From NCBI RefSeq assembly GCF_020745735.1, contig NW_026867451.1, forward strand, positions 124,001-188,000: 64,000 nucleotides of DNA. The letters run 5' to 3'. Under the pieces are notes generated by a model. It was not told the DNA's origin and ran no database searches. It saw only the letters and a program-made list of their open reading frames with translations. The translations under genes were made by a program, and so were the position numbers. Below are positions 35,293 to 47,900 of the stretch, in pieces (within the stretch, counting starts at the first letter, position 1; each line of letters opens with the position of its first letter). The stretch is from Hemiscyllium ocellatum. Taxonomy: Eukaryota.

Positions 35293-38200
35293 TAGAACAT
35301 AGAAAAGAACATAGAACAATACAGCACAGAACAGGCCCTTCGGCCCACGATGTTGTGCCGAACATTTGTCCTAGCTTAAGCACCTATCCATGTACCTATC
35401 CAATTGTCGCTTAAAGGTCACCAATGATTCTGACTCTGCCACTCCCACAGGCAGCGCATTCCATGCCCCACCACTCTCTGGGTAACGAACCTATCTCTGA
35501 CATCCCCCCTATACCTTCCACCCTTCACCTTAAATTTATGCCCCCTTGTAACACTCTGTTGTACCTGGGGAAAAAGTCTCTGGCTGTCTACTTTATCTAT
35601 TCCCCCGATCACCTTATAAACCTCTATCAAGTCACCCTCATCCTTCGCCGTTCCAATGAGAAAAGGCCTAGCACTCTCAACCTATCCTCGTACGACTTAT
35701 TCTCCATTCCAGGCAACATCCTGGTAAATCTCCTCTGCACTCTCTCCAAAGCTTCCACATCTTTCCTAAAGTGAGGCGACCAGAACTGCACACAGTACTC
35801 CTTACCAAGGTCCTGTAGAGCTGCAACATCACCTCACGACTCTTGAATTCAATCCCTCTGCTAATGAACGCTAATACGCCATAGGCCTTCTTACAAGCTC
35901 TATCCACCTGAGTGGCAACTTTCAAAGAGCTATGAACATAGTTCCCAAGATCCCTCTGCTCTGACACCTTAATAAGAACCATACCGATAACCCTGTATTC
36001 AGCCTTCTTATTTGTCCTTCCAAAATGGACAACCTCACACTTGACAAGGTTGAATTCCATCTGCCACTCCTCAGCCCAGCTCTGCATCATATCTAAGTCC
36101 CTTTGCAGCTGACAACAGCCCTCCTCACTATCCACAACTCCTCCTATCTTCGTATCGTCTGCAAATTTACTGACCCACTCTTCGACTCCCTCTTCCAAGT
36201 AATTAATAAAAATTACAAACAGCAGAGGACCCAGAACTGATCCCTGCGGAACTCCACTTGTAACTGGGCTCCAGGCTGAATATTTACAATCTATCACCAC
36301 TCTCTGACTTCGACCGGTTAGCCAGTTCTCTATCCAACTGGCCAAATTTCCCACTCTCCCATGCCTCCTGACTTTCCACATAAGCCTACCATGGGGAACC
36401 TTATCAAATGCCTTATTAAAATCCATGCACACTACATCCACTGCTCTACCCTCATCCACATGCTTGGTTACCTCCTCAAAGAATTCAATAAGACTTGTAA
36501 GGCAAGACCTACCCCTCACAAATCCGTGCTGGCTGTCCCTAATCAAGCAGTGTCTTTTCAGATACTCATAAGTCCTATCCCTCAGTACCCTTTCCATTAC
36601 TTTGCCTATCACCGAAGTAAGACTAACTGGCCTGTAATTCCCGGGGTTATCCCTGTTCCCTTTTTTGAACAGGGGCACAACACTCGCCACTCTCCAGTCC
36701 CCTGGTACCACCCCCATTGACAGCAAAGACAAAAAGATCATTGCCAACGGCTCTGCAATTTCCTCTCTTGCTTCCCACATAATCCTAGGATATATCCTGT
36801 CAGGCCCGGGGGACTTGTCTATCCTCAAGTTTTTCAAAATGCCCAACACATCTTCCTTCCTAACAAACATCTCCCCCAGCTCACCAGTCCGTTTCATACT
36901 TTCCTCTTCAACAACACGGTCCCTCTCATTTGTAAATACTGAAGAAAAGTACTCATTCAAGACCTCTCTTATCTCTTCCGACTCAATACACAGTCTCCCA
37001 CTACTGTCCTTGATTGGACCTACCCTCGTTCTCGTCATTCTCATGTTTCTCACATATCCATAAAAGGCCTTGGGGTTATCCTTGACCCTACCCGCCAAAG
37101 ATTTCTCATGCCCTCTCTTAGCTCTCCTAATACCTTTCTTCAGCTTCCTCCTGGCTATCCTGTATCCCTCCAACACTCACCTGAACCTTGTTTCCTCAAC
37201 CTTATGTAAGTCTCCTTCTTCCTTACAAGACATTCAACCTCCCTCATCAACCAAGGTTCCCTCACACAACCATTTCTTTCCTGCCTGACAGGTACATACA
37301 TATCAAGGACACGTCGTATCTGTTCCTTGAAAAAGGTCCACATTTCAATGACATCCTTCCCTGAGAGCCTGTGCTCCCAACTCATGCTCCTCAGATCCTG
37401 TCTCTGCAGCTTCGTATTTACCCTTCCCCCAACTGTAAAACCTACCCTGTTGCACGCACCTATCTCTCTCCATAACCAAGGTGAAAGTCACAGAATTGTG
37501 GTCACCATCACCAAAATGCTCACCCACTAACAAGCCCATCACTGTCCCAGTTCGTTACCGAGTACCAAATCCAATATGGCCTCCCCTCTGGTTGGACAAT
37601 CTACATACTGAGTTAGAAAAGCTTCCTGGACACACTGCACAAACACCGGCCCGTCCAATCTACTTGATCTAAAGAACTTCCAATCAATATTTGGGAAGTT
37701 GAAATCACCCATGACTACTACTCTGCACCTTTCCAAAATCTGTTTCCTAATCTGTCTGCTGCTATTGGGGGGCCTATAGTAAACACCCAACAAGGTGACT
37801 GCTCCTTTCCTGTTTCTGACTTCAGTCCATACTACCTCCAAAGGCAGATCCCCCTTGAACTGCCTTTCTGCTGCCATTATACTATTTCTAATTAGCAAAG
37901 CCACACACCCTCCTTTTTTACCACACTCACTAATCTAACTGAAACATCTGTAACCAGGAACCTCCAACAACCATTCCTGTCCCTCTTCTATCCACATTTC
38001 TGTGATGGCCACAACATCGTAGTCCCAAGTACAGATCCACGCCTTAAGTTCACCCACCTTATTTCTGATACTCCTTAGGTGAAGTATACACACTTGAACC
38101 CATCTCTGTGTCCGCAAGTATTCCCTGTCAGTGCTACCTTCTCCACAGCCTCCCTACATTCTTGGACATCCTGAAAAACAGCTAACCTACTTGCTGGACT

Positions 38201-38940
38201 ACAAGTCCGGATCCCATCCCCCTGCCAAATTAGTTTAAACCCCCTCTGAAGAGTGCTAGCAAACCTATCCCCCAGGATATTGGTGCCTTTCTGGTTCAGG
38301 TGCAACCCGTCCTGCTTGTACAGGTCCCACCTTCCCCAGAATGCAATCCAATTATCCAAATACCTGAAGCCCTCCCTCTTACACCATCCTTGCAGCCACG
38401 TGTTCAACTGCACCCTATTCCTTGCCTCGCTGTCACATGGCACTGGCAACAACCCAGAGATGACGACTCTGTCTGTCCTAACTTTTAGTTTCCAGCCTAA
38501 CTCCCTGAGCTCCTGAATGACCTCCCCATCCCTCTTCCTACCTATGTCGTTGGTGCCAATGTGCACCACGACTGCTGGCTGCACACCCTCCCCCTTAAGG
38601 ATTCTGAAGACACGGTGCGAGAAGTCTCGGACCTTGGCACCCGGGAGGCAACAAACCATCCGAGAGTCTCACCCATGCCCACAGAACCGCCTGTCTGTCC
38701 CTCTAACAATAGAGTCTCCTATAACTAGCGCTCTCCTCCTCTCCCCCTTTCCCTTCTGAGCCTCAGAACCAGACCTCGTGCCAGAGACCTGGTCACTGCA
38801 GCTTACCCCTGCTAGGCCGTCCCCCCCAACAGTATCCAAAGCAGTATACTTATTGTTGAGAGGAACGACCACAGGGGATCCCTGCATTGCCTGCTTCCTC
38901 CCCTTCCCACCTCTAACTGTTACCCAACTACCTCTGTATT
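35293..38940 (-). mobile_element. Near-complete CR1-clade (HER1-like) LINE: SGNH-esterase ORF1 plus APE-RT ORF2, frameshifted
   Basis: ORF1: VIGDSIVRG, CLPGAKV, VVHIGTND. APE: RSIRNK, VAITE.W, GVYYRPP, MGDFNFPNIDW, ILDLVL. RT (35677-37176): DFNKAFDKVPH, GVPQGSVLGPLLF, KFADDTK. (TTCTA)n 3' tail. Confidence 0.96.
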
Positions 38941-41900
38941 TAATCTTGAAAACAGCAGTCTCTATGCATAATATAGTGAAGAGCTGTTCCTGTGTCAATT
39001 TCAGAGAACAGAAAGCACAGCAGTCCCTGTGTACAATATAGAGAAAAGCTGTCACTGTGTATAATATAGAGAAGAGCAGATGCTGTGTCTAATATAAAGA
39101 GCATGAATCCCTGTGTTTAATAAAGATAACAGCCATTCTTGTGTACAATATAGAGAACACCAGTGTCTGTGTACAATAAAGAGAACAGCAGTTCCTGTGT
39201 ACAATATTGAGAACAGAGTCACTGTGTATAATTTCAAGAACAGCTATCCCTGTGTGTAATATAGAGAGCAGTGGTCCCTGTGTCTATTTTAGAGAACAGC
39301 AGGCCCTGTGTATAACATAGAGAACAGCATTCCCTTTTGTATATTTTAGAGGACAGCAGTGCCTGTACATTATATAAAGAATACTGGTCCCTGAGTGCAA
39401 TATAAACAACAGCAATTTCTATCTATAACCTAGAGAACAGCAGTCCCTCTGTATAACACAAAGAACAGAAGTCCCTGTGTATAATACAAGAAGAGCAGTC
39501 CCTGTGTATAATATAGAGAAAAGCAGTCTCTGTGTATAAAGTCGAGTACAACAGTCTCTGTGTTTAATGAGAACAGCAGTATGTGTGTAGAATATATAGA
39601 GAACTGCAGTCCCTGTCTCAATTTTAGAGAACATCAGTGCCTGAGCATAATTTAATGATGCTGTGTCTAATATAAAGTACATGACACCCTGTGTTTAATG
39701 AAGAGATCAGTCATCCCTGTGGAAAATATAGAGAACACCAGTGTCTGTGCATAATATAGAGAACAGCAGTCTCTGTGTACAATATAGAGAATTGAGTGGC
39801 TGTGTATAATATAGAGAACAGCTTTCTCTGTGCGAAATGTAGAGAACAGCAGTGCCTGTGCACAATACAAAGAACATGACTCCCTGTGTTTAATGAAGAG
39901 AACAGCTGTCCCTATGTATAATATAGAGAACAGAGGTATCTGTGGTTAATATAGAGAACAACAGCCCCTATATACAATATGGAGAGTAGGAGTCACTGTG
40001 TATAATATAGAGAACAATTATCCCTGTGTGTAATATAGAGAACAGCATCACTGTGTCTATTTTAGAGAACACCAGTGTCTGTGCATAATATAGAGAAAAG
40101 CAGTTCCTGTGTACAATATTAAGAACATTAGTCACTGTGTATAATGTAGAGAACAGCTATTCCTGTGTATAATATAGAGAGCAGCAGTCCATGTGCTAAG
40201 ACAAAGAACAGCAGTCCCTGTGTACCTTATGGAGAACACCAATCTCTATGTATAATATAGAGAATAGCAGTCCCTCTGTCTATTTTAGAGAACAGCAGTG
40301 CCTGTGCATTATATAAAGAACAGCAGTCCCTGTGTGCAATATAGACAACAGCAGTTCATATGTACAATATAGAGAACAGCAATCCCAGTGTATGATATAG
40401 ACAACAGCTATCCCTCTGTGCAATACAGAGAACAGCAGACCTTGTGTATAATATCAGGAAACGCAGTCTCTGTGTATAATGTTGAGAACAGCAGTCCCTC
40501 TATTTACTCATGAGAACAGCAGTCTCTGTGTATAACATAGAGAACAGCTGTTCCTGTGTCAATTTCAGAGAACAGAGTTGCCCGTGTGTAACACAAAGAA
40601 CAGCAGTCCCTGTGTACAATACAGAGAAAAGTTGTCACTGTGTATAATATAGAGAAGAGCAGATGCTGTGTCTAATATAAAGAGCATGAATCCCTGTGTT
40701 TAATAAAGATAACAGACATTCTTGTGTACAATATAGAGAACACCAGTGTCTGTGTACAATAAAGAGAACAGCAGTTCCTGTGTACAATATTGAGAACAGA
40801 GTCACTGTGTATAATTTCAAGAACAGCTATCCCTGTGTGTAATATAGAGAGCAGTGGTCCCTGTGTCTATTTTAGAGAACAGCAGGCCCTGTGTATAACA
40901 TAGAGAACAGCATTCCCTTTTGAATATTTTAGAGGACAGCAGTGCCTGTACATTATATAAAGAATACCGGTCCCTGAGTGCAATATAAACAACAGCAATT
41001 TCTATCTATAACCTAGAGAACAGCAGTCCCTCTGTATGACACAAAGAACAGAAGTCCCTGTGTATAATGCAAGAAGAGCAGTCCCTGTGTATAATATAGA
41101 GAAAAGCAGTCTCTGTGTATAAAGTTGAGAACAATAGTCCCTGTGTTTAATGAGAACAGCAGTATGTGTGTATAATATATAGGGAACTGCAGTCCCCATC
41201 TCAATTTTAGAGAACATCTGTGCCTGAGCATAATATAATGAACAGCAGTCCCTGTGTATAATAAAGAGAACAGCAGTGCCTGTGCACAATACAAAGAACA
41301 TGACTTAATGAAGAGAACAGCTGTCCCTATGTATAATATAGAGAACATAAGTGTCTGTGGTTAATACAGAGGACAACAGTCCCTGTGCACAATATAGAGA
41401 GTAGGAGTCACTGTGTATAATATAGAGAACAGCTATTCCTGTGTATAATATAGAGAGCAGCAGTCCCTGTGCTCAGACAGCGAACAGCAGTCCCTGTGTA
41501 CCTTATGGAGAACACCAATCTCTGTGTATAATAAAGAGAATAGCAGTCCCTCTGTCTATTTTAGAGAACAGCAGTGTCTGTGTATAGTATAGAGATCAGC
41601 ATTCCCTGTGTAAAATAGAGAACTGCAGTACCTGTGCACAATATAAAGAACAGTGGTCCCTGTGTAAATTATGGAGAACAGAAGTCACTGCATATAATAT
41701 AGAGAAAAGCATTCTGTCCGTATAATGTCAAGAACAGCATTCCCTGTGTATAATATAGAGAACAGCAGATGCTGTGTCTAATATAAAGTATATGAATCCC
41801 TGTGTTTAATAAAGAGAACAGCTGTCCCTGTGTATAATATAGAAAACAGCAGCCCCTGTGTACAATATAGAGAACATGAGTCACTGTGTATAATATAGAA

Positions 41901-44900
41901 AACAGCTATCCCTGTGTCTATTTTAGAGAACAGCAGGCCCTGTGTACAATATAGAGAACAGCAGTCCCTCTGTCTATTTTAGAGAACAGCAATACCTGTG
42001 TCTTATATAAAGAACAGCAGTCCCTGTGTGCAATATCGACAACAGCAGTTCAATATATAATGTAGAGAACAGCAGTCCCTGAGTATAATATAGAGAAAAG
42101 CAGTCCCTGTGTAGAATATAGGGAACTGCAGTCACTGTGTATAATAAAGAGAACGGCTATCCCTGTATGTAATATAGAGAGCAGCAGTCCCTGTGTATAA
42201 TATAGACAACAACAGTCCATGTGTCTATTTTAGAGAAAAGCAGGCCCTGTATATAATATAAAGAACAGCATTCCCTCTGTCTATTTTAGAGAACAGCAGT
42301 GCCTGGGAATTTTATAAAGAACATTAGTGCCTGTGTGCAATATTGACAACAGCAGGTCATATGTACAATATAGAAAACAGCAGTGCCTCTGTATAATACG
42401 GAAAACAGCAGTCCCTTTGAATAATATAAAGAACAGCAGTCCTTCAGTATATTACAGAGAACAGCAGTCTCTGTGTTTAATAAAGTGAACAACAGTCCTC
42501 TGTAAAATATAGAGAACAGCATTTTTGTGATTATTTTCAAGAACAGCACTGCATGTGTGTAATGTAGAGAACAACAGTCTCTGTGTCTCATATTTAGAAC
42601 GGCAGGCTCTGTGTTGAATATAGGGAACAACAGTCACTGTGTATAATATAGAGAATAGATGTACCTGTGCATAATAATAACAGCAGTTGCTGTGTCTAAT
42701 ATAGGGAACAGCAATCCCTGTTTGTAATGTATAAAATATCTGTTCCTGTATACAATGCGGAGAACAGTAGTCCTTGTGTATATTGTCGAGAACAGCAGTC
42801 CCTGTGAATAACATAGAGAACAGCAGTCCTTCTGTTCACTATAGACAACAGCAGAAACTGCATGTAATATTGAGTACAGCAGACCCTGAGTTCATGAAAG
42901 AGAACAGCAGTCCCTGTGTACAGAACAGAGAACAGCTGTACCAATGTCTATTCCACAGAATAGCAGTCCCTATGTATAATGTAGAGAATAGCAGTAAATA
43001 CAGAAATCAGCAGTCCCTGTGTATGACATACACAGCAGTCCCTATGCCTATTTTAGAGAATACCAGTGGCTGTGTATAATATAGAGAACAGCAGTCACTG
43101 TGTTTAATATAGAGAAGAGTAGTCCCTGTGTGTGATAGAGAGAATGGCAGTCTCTGTGTTTATTTTCCAGAGGAGCAGTACTGTGTAGAATGGAGAGGAC
43201 AGCAGTCGCTGGGATGTTATAGAGCACATCAGTCCCTATGTACAATATGGAGAACATTAGTCCCTGTGTATAATGGAGAGAACAGCAGTTCCTGTGTGCA
43301 ATGTCGAGAACAGCAATCCCTGCATGCAATAGAAAGGACAGCAGTGCTTGTGTATAATATAGAGTATAGCAGTCCCTGTGTCTAATACAGAGAACAACAG
43401 TCCCATTGTATAATAGAGAGGAAAGCAGTCCCTCTGCATAATATAGAGAACATGAATCTCTGTGTTTAATAAAGAGAACAGCAGTGCTTGTGAATAATAT
43501 AAAGAACGGCAGTCAATGGGAATAATATGTAGAATAGCTGTCCCTGTGCATAATAGAGGGAACAGCAAACCCTGTGAATAATGTGGAAAATAGCAGGCCC
43601 TGTTTATAATGTTGAGAACAGAAGTCCATGTGTATATTGTGGAGAACAGCAGATCCTGTGTCTCATGTAGAGAACACAAGTTGATGCGTATAATGTAGAG
43701 AACAGTTGTCCCTGATGTTATGGTAGAGAACATTAGTCCCTGTGAAAAATGTTGAGAACAGCAGCCCTGCATACATCATAGGGAAGAGCAGTCCCTGTGT
43801 ACAGTGTTGAGAACAGCCATCCCGACATATAATATAGAGAACAGCAGTCCCTGTGTTTAATAAAGAGAACAGCAATCCCTGTGTATAATATAGAGAACTA
43901 CAGTACCTGTGCACAATATAAAGAACAGTGGTCCCTGTGTAAATTATGGAAAACAGAAGTCACTGCGTATAATATAGAGAAAAGCATTCTGTCCGTATAA
44001 TGTCAAGAACAGCATTCCCTGTGTATAATATAGAGAACAGCAGATGCTGTGTCTAATATAAAGTATATGAATCCCTGTGTTTAATAAAGAGAACAGCTGT
44101 CCCTGTGTATAATATAGACAACAACAGTCCATGTGTCTATTTTAGAGAAAAGCAGGCCCTGTATATAATATAAAGAACAGCATTCCCTCTGTCTATTTTA
44201 GAGAACAGCAGTGTCTGTGAATTTTATAAAGAACATTAGTGCCTGTGTGCAATATTGACAACAGCAGGTCATATGTATAATATAGAAAACAGCAGTGCCT
44301 CTGTATAATACGGAAAACAGCAGTCCCTTTGAATAATATAAAGAACAGCAGTCCTTCAGTATATTACAGAGAACAGCAGTCTCTGTGTTTAATAAAGTGA
44401 ACAACAGTCCTCTGTAAAATATAGAGAACAGCATTTTTGTGATTATTTTCAAGAACAGCACTGCATGTGTGTAATGTAGAGAACAACAGTCTCTGTGTCT
44501 CATATTTAGAACGGCAGGCTCTGTGTTGAATATAGGGAACAACAGTCACTGTGTATAATATAGAGAATAGATGTACCTGTGCATAATAATAACAGCAGTT
44601 GCTGTGTCTAATATAGGGAACAGCAATCCCTGTTTGTAATGTATAAAATATCTGTTCCTGTATACAATGTGGAGAACAGTAGTCCTTGTGTATATTGTTG
44701 AGAACAGCAGTCCCTGTGAATAACATAGAGAACAGCAGTCCTTCTGTTCACTATAGACAACAGCAGAAACTGCATGTAATATTGAGTACAGCAGACCCTG
44801 AGTTCATGAAAGAGAACAGCAGTCCCTGTGTACAGAACAGAGAACAGCGGTACCAATGTCTATTCCACAGAATAGCAGTCCCTATGTATAATGTAGAGAA

Positions 44901-47900
44901 TAGCAGTAAATACAGAAATCAGCAGTCCCTGTGTATGACATACACAGCAGTCCCTATGCCTATTTTTGAGAATACCCGTGGCTGTGTATGATATAGAGAA
45001 CAGCAGTCACTGTGTTTAATATAGAGAAGAGTAGTCCCTGTGTGTGATAGAGAGAATGGCAGTCTCTGTGTTTATTTTCCAGAGGAGCAGTCCTGTGTAT
45101 AATGGAGAGGACAGCAGTCGCTGGGATGTTATAGAGCACATCAGTCCACATGTACAATATGGAGAACATTAGTCCCTGTGTATAATGGAGAGAACAGCAG
45201 TTCCTGTGTGCAATGTCAAGAACAGCAATCCCTGCATGCAATAGAAAGGACAGCAGTGCTTGTGTATAATATAGAGTACAGCAGTCTCTATGTCTAATAC
45301 AGAGAACAAAAGTCCCATTGTATAATAGAGAGGAAAGCAGTCCCTCTGCATAATATAGAGAACATGAATCCCTGCGTTTAATAAAGAGAACAGCAGTGCT
45401 TGTGAATAATATAAAGAACGGCAGTCAATGGGAATAATATGTAGAATAGCTGTCCCTGTGCATAATAGAGGGAACAGCAAACCCTGTGAATAATGTGGAA
45501 AATAGCAGGCCCTGTTTATAATGTTGAGAACAGAAGTCCATGTGTATATTGTGGAGAACAGCAGATCCTGTGTCTCATGTAGAGAACACAAGTTGATGCG
45601 TATAATGTAGAGAACAGCTGTCCCTGATGTTATGGTAGAGAACATTAGTCCCTGTGAAAAATGTTGAGAACAGCAGCCCTGCATACATCATAGGGAAGAG
45701 CAGTCCCTGTGTACAGTGTTGAGAACAGGCATCCCGACATATAATATAGAGAACAGCAGTCCCTGTGTTTAATAAAGAGAACAGCATTCCCTGTGTATAA
45801 TATAGAGAACAGCAGTCGCTGTGTATAATAGAGAGAACACTTGTCCTTGTGTATGTTATAGAGAGCAGCTGGCCGTGTGTATATTATGGAGAACATGAGT
45901 CAGTCCCTGCGTATAATACAGAGAACAGCATTCCCTGTGTCTATTTTAGAGAACTGCAGTGCCTGTAAATAATATAAAGAACAGCATTCACTGTGCATAA
46001 TATAGAAAACAGTGAACCCTGTGAATAATGTAGAAAACAGCAGACCCTGTTTATAATGTGGAGAACAATAGTCCCTGTGAATATTGTGGAGAACAGCAGA
46101 TCCTGTGTCTATTTCAGAGAACACAAGTCGATGTCTAATGTAGAGAACAGTTGTCCCTGAGTATATGGTAGAGAACACTAGTCCATGTGTAAAGTGTAGA
46201 GACCAGCAGTACTGAGAACATTGTAGCGAAGATCAGTCCATGTGTAGAGTGCAGAGAACAGCCATCCCTACCTATAATATAGAGAAAAGCAGTCCCAGTG
46301 TTTAATAAAGAGAACAGCAGTCCCTGTGCATAATATAGAGAACAGGAGTCATGTGTATAATATAGAGAAAACTTGTCCCAGTGTATAGTATACAGAGCAG
46401 GAGTCCGTCTGTGTAATATAGAGAACAGCTTTACCTGCGTATGATACGGAAAACAGCAGTCCTTGTGTCATTTATACAGAACAATAGTGCCGTGTATAAG
46501 AGAGAACAGCAGCCCCTGTGTACAATATAGGGAACAGTAGTTCCTCTGTACAATATTGAAAACAGCAGTCCCTGAGTATAAAGAAAGTGAACAGCACTCT
46601 TTGTGTATAATATAGAGAGCAGCAGAGCCTTAGTACAATATGGAGATCAGCTATCCCTGTGTATAATATAAAGAACAGCAGTCATTGTATATAGTATAGA
46701 GGACAGCTATCCCTAAGTACAATATAGAGAACTGCTATCCCTGTATTCAATACAGAGAGCAGCAGTTCCTGTGTATAATGTAGAGAACATGAGTCACTGT
46801 GTACGATGTAGAGAACAACAGTCCCTGTGTCTATTTTAGAGAACATCAGTGTCTGTGCATAACATAGAGATCTGCAGATGCTGTGTACAATATGGAGAAC
46901 AGATACCCCTGTGTATAATATAGAGAACAACAGTCCCTGTGTATAATATAGAGAACATGAGTCACTGTGTACAATGTAGAGAACAACAGTCCCTGTGTCT
47001 ATTTTAGAGAACATCAGTGCCTGTGCATAACATAGAGATCTGCAGATGCTGTGTACAATATGGAGAACAGATACCCCTGTGTATAATATAGAGAACAACA
47101 GTCCCTGTGTACAGTGCCAAGAACAGCAGTCCCCGTGTTTAATAATGAGAAGAGCAGTCTCTGTGTATAATATAGAGAACAGCAGTCCCCGTGTCCATTT
47201 TAGAGAACATCAGTCCCTGTGTATAATATAGAGAACAGCATTCCCTGTGTACAATATGGAGAACACCAGTCCCTGTGTGTACTTTAGAGAACATCAGTGC
47301 CTGTGCACAATATGGAGAACAGCAGTCCCTGTGTATAATACAGAGATCAGAAGATGCTGTGTCTAATATAAAGAACATCAATCCCTGTGTTTAATACAGA
47401 GAACATCTGTCCCTGTGTATAATGGAGGGAAAACCAGTGTCTTTGTATAATATAGAAATCTGCAGTCTCTGTGTAAAATATAGAGAACCAGAGTCACTGT
47501 GTACAATATAGAGAACAACTATCCCTGTGTACAATATAGAGAACAACTATCCCTGTGTACAATATAGAGAACAGCTATCCCTGTGTATAATATAGAGAGC
47601 AGCTATCCCTGTGTATAATATAGAAAACAGCTATCCCTGTGTATAATATAGAGAACAGCAGTCCCTGTGTATAATATAGAAAACAAGAGCTCCTCTGTCA
47701 AGTTTAGAGAACAGCAGGCTCTGTGAATAATATAGAGAACAGAAGTCCCTGTGTACACTATAGAGAACATGAGTCATTGTGTATAATATCGAGAACAGCT
47801 ATCCCTGTGAGTAATATAGAGAGCAGCAGTCTACGTGTATAATATAGAGTACTACAGTCCCTGTGTCTAGTTTAGAGAACAGCAAGCCCTGTGAATAATA

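Noticed and set aside
35293-35345. Array unit derived from the CR1 3' tail (AGAACAGGCCCT resemblance)
   Set aside because: The match is too short and low-complexity to support common origin without a genome-wide search.
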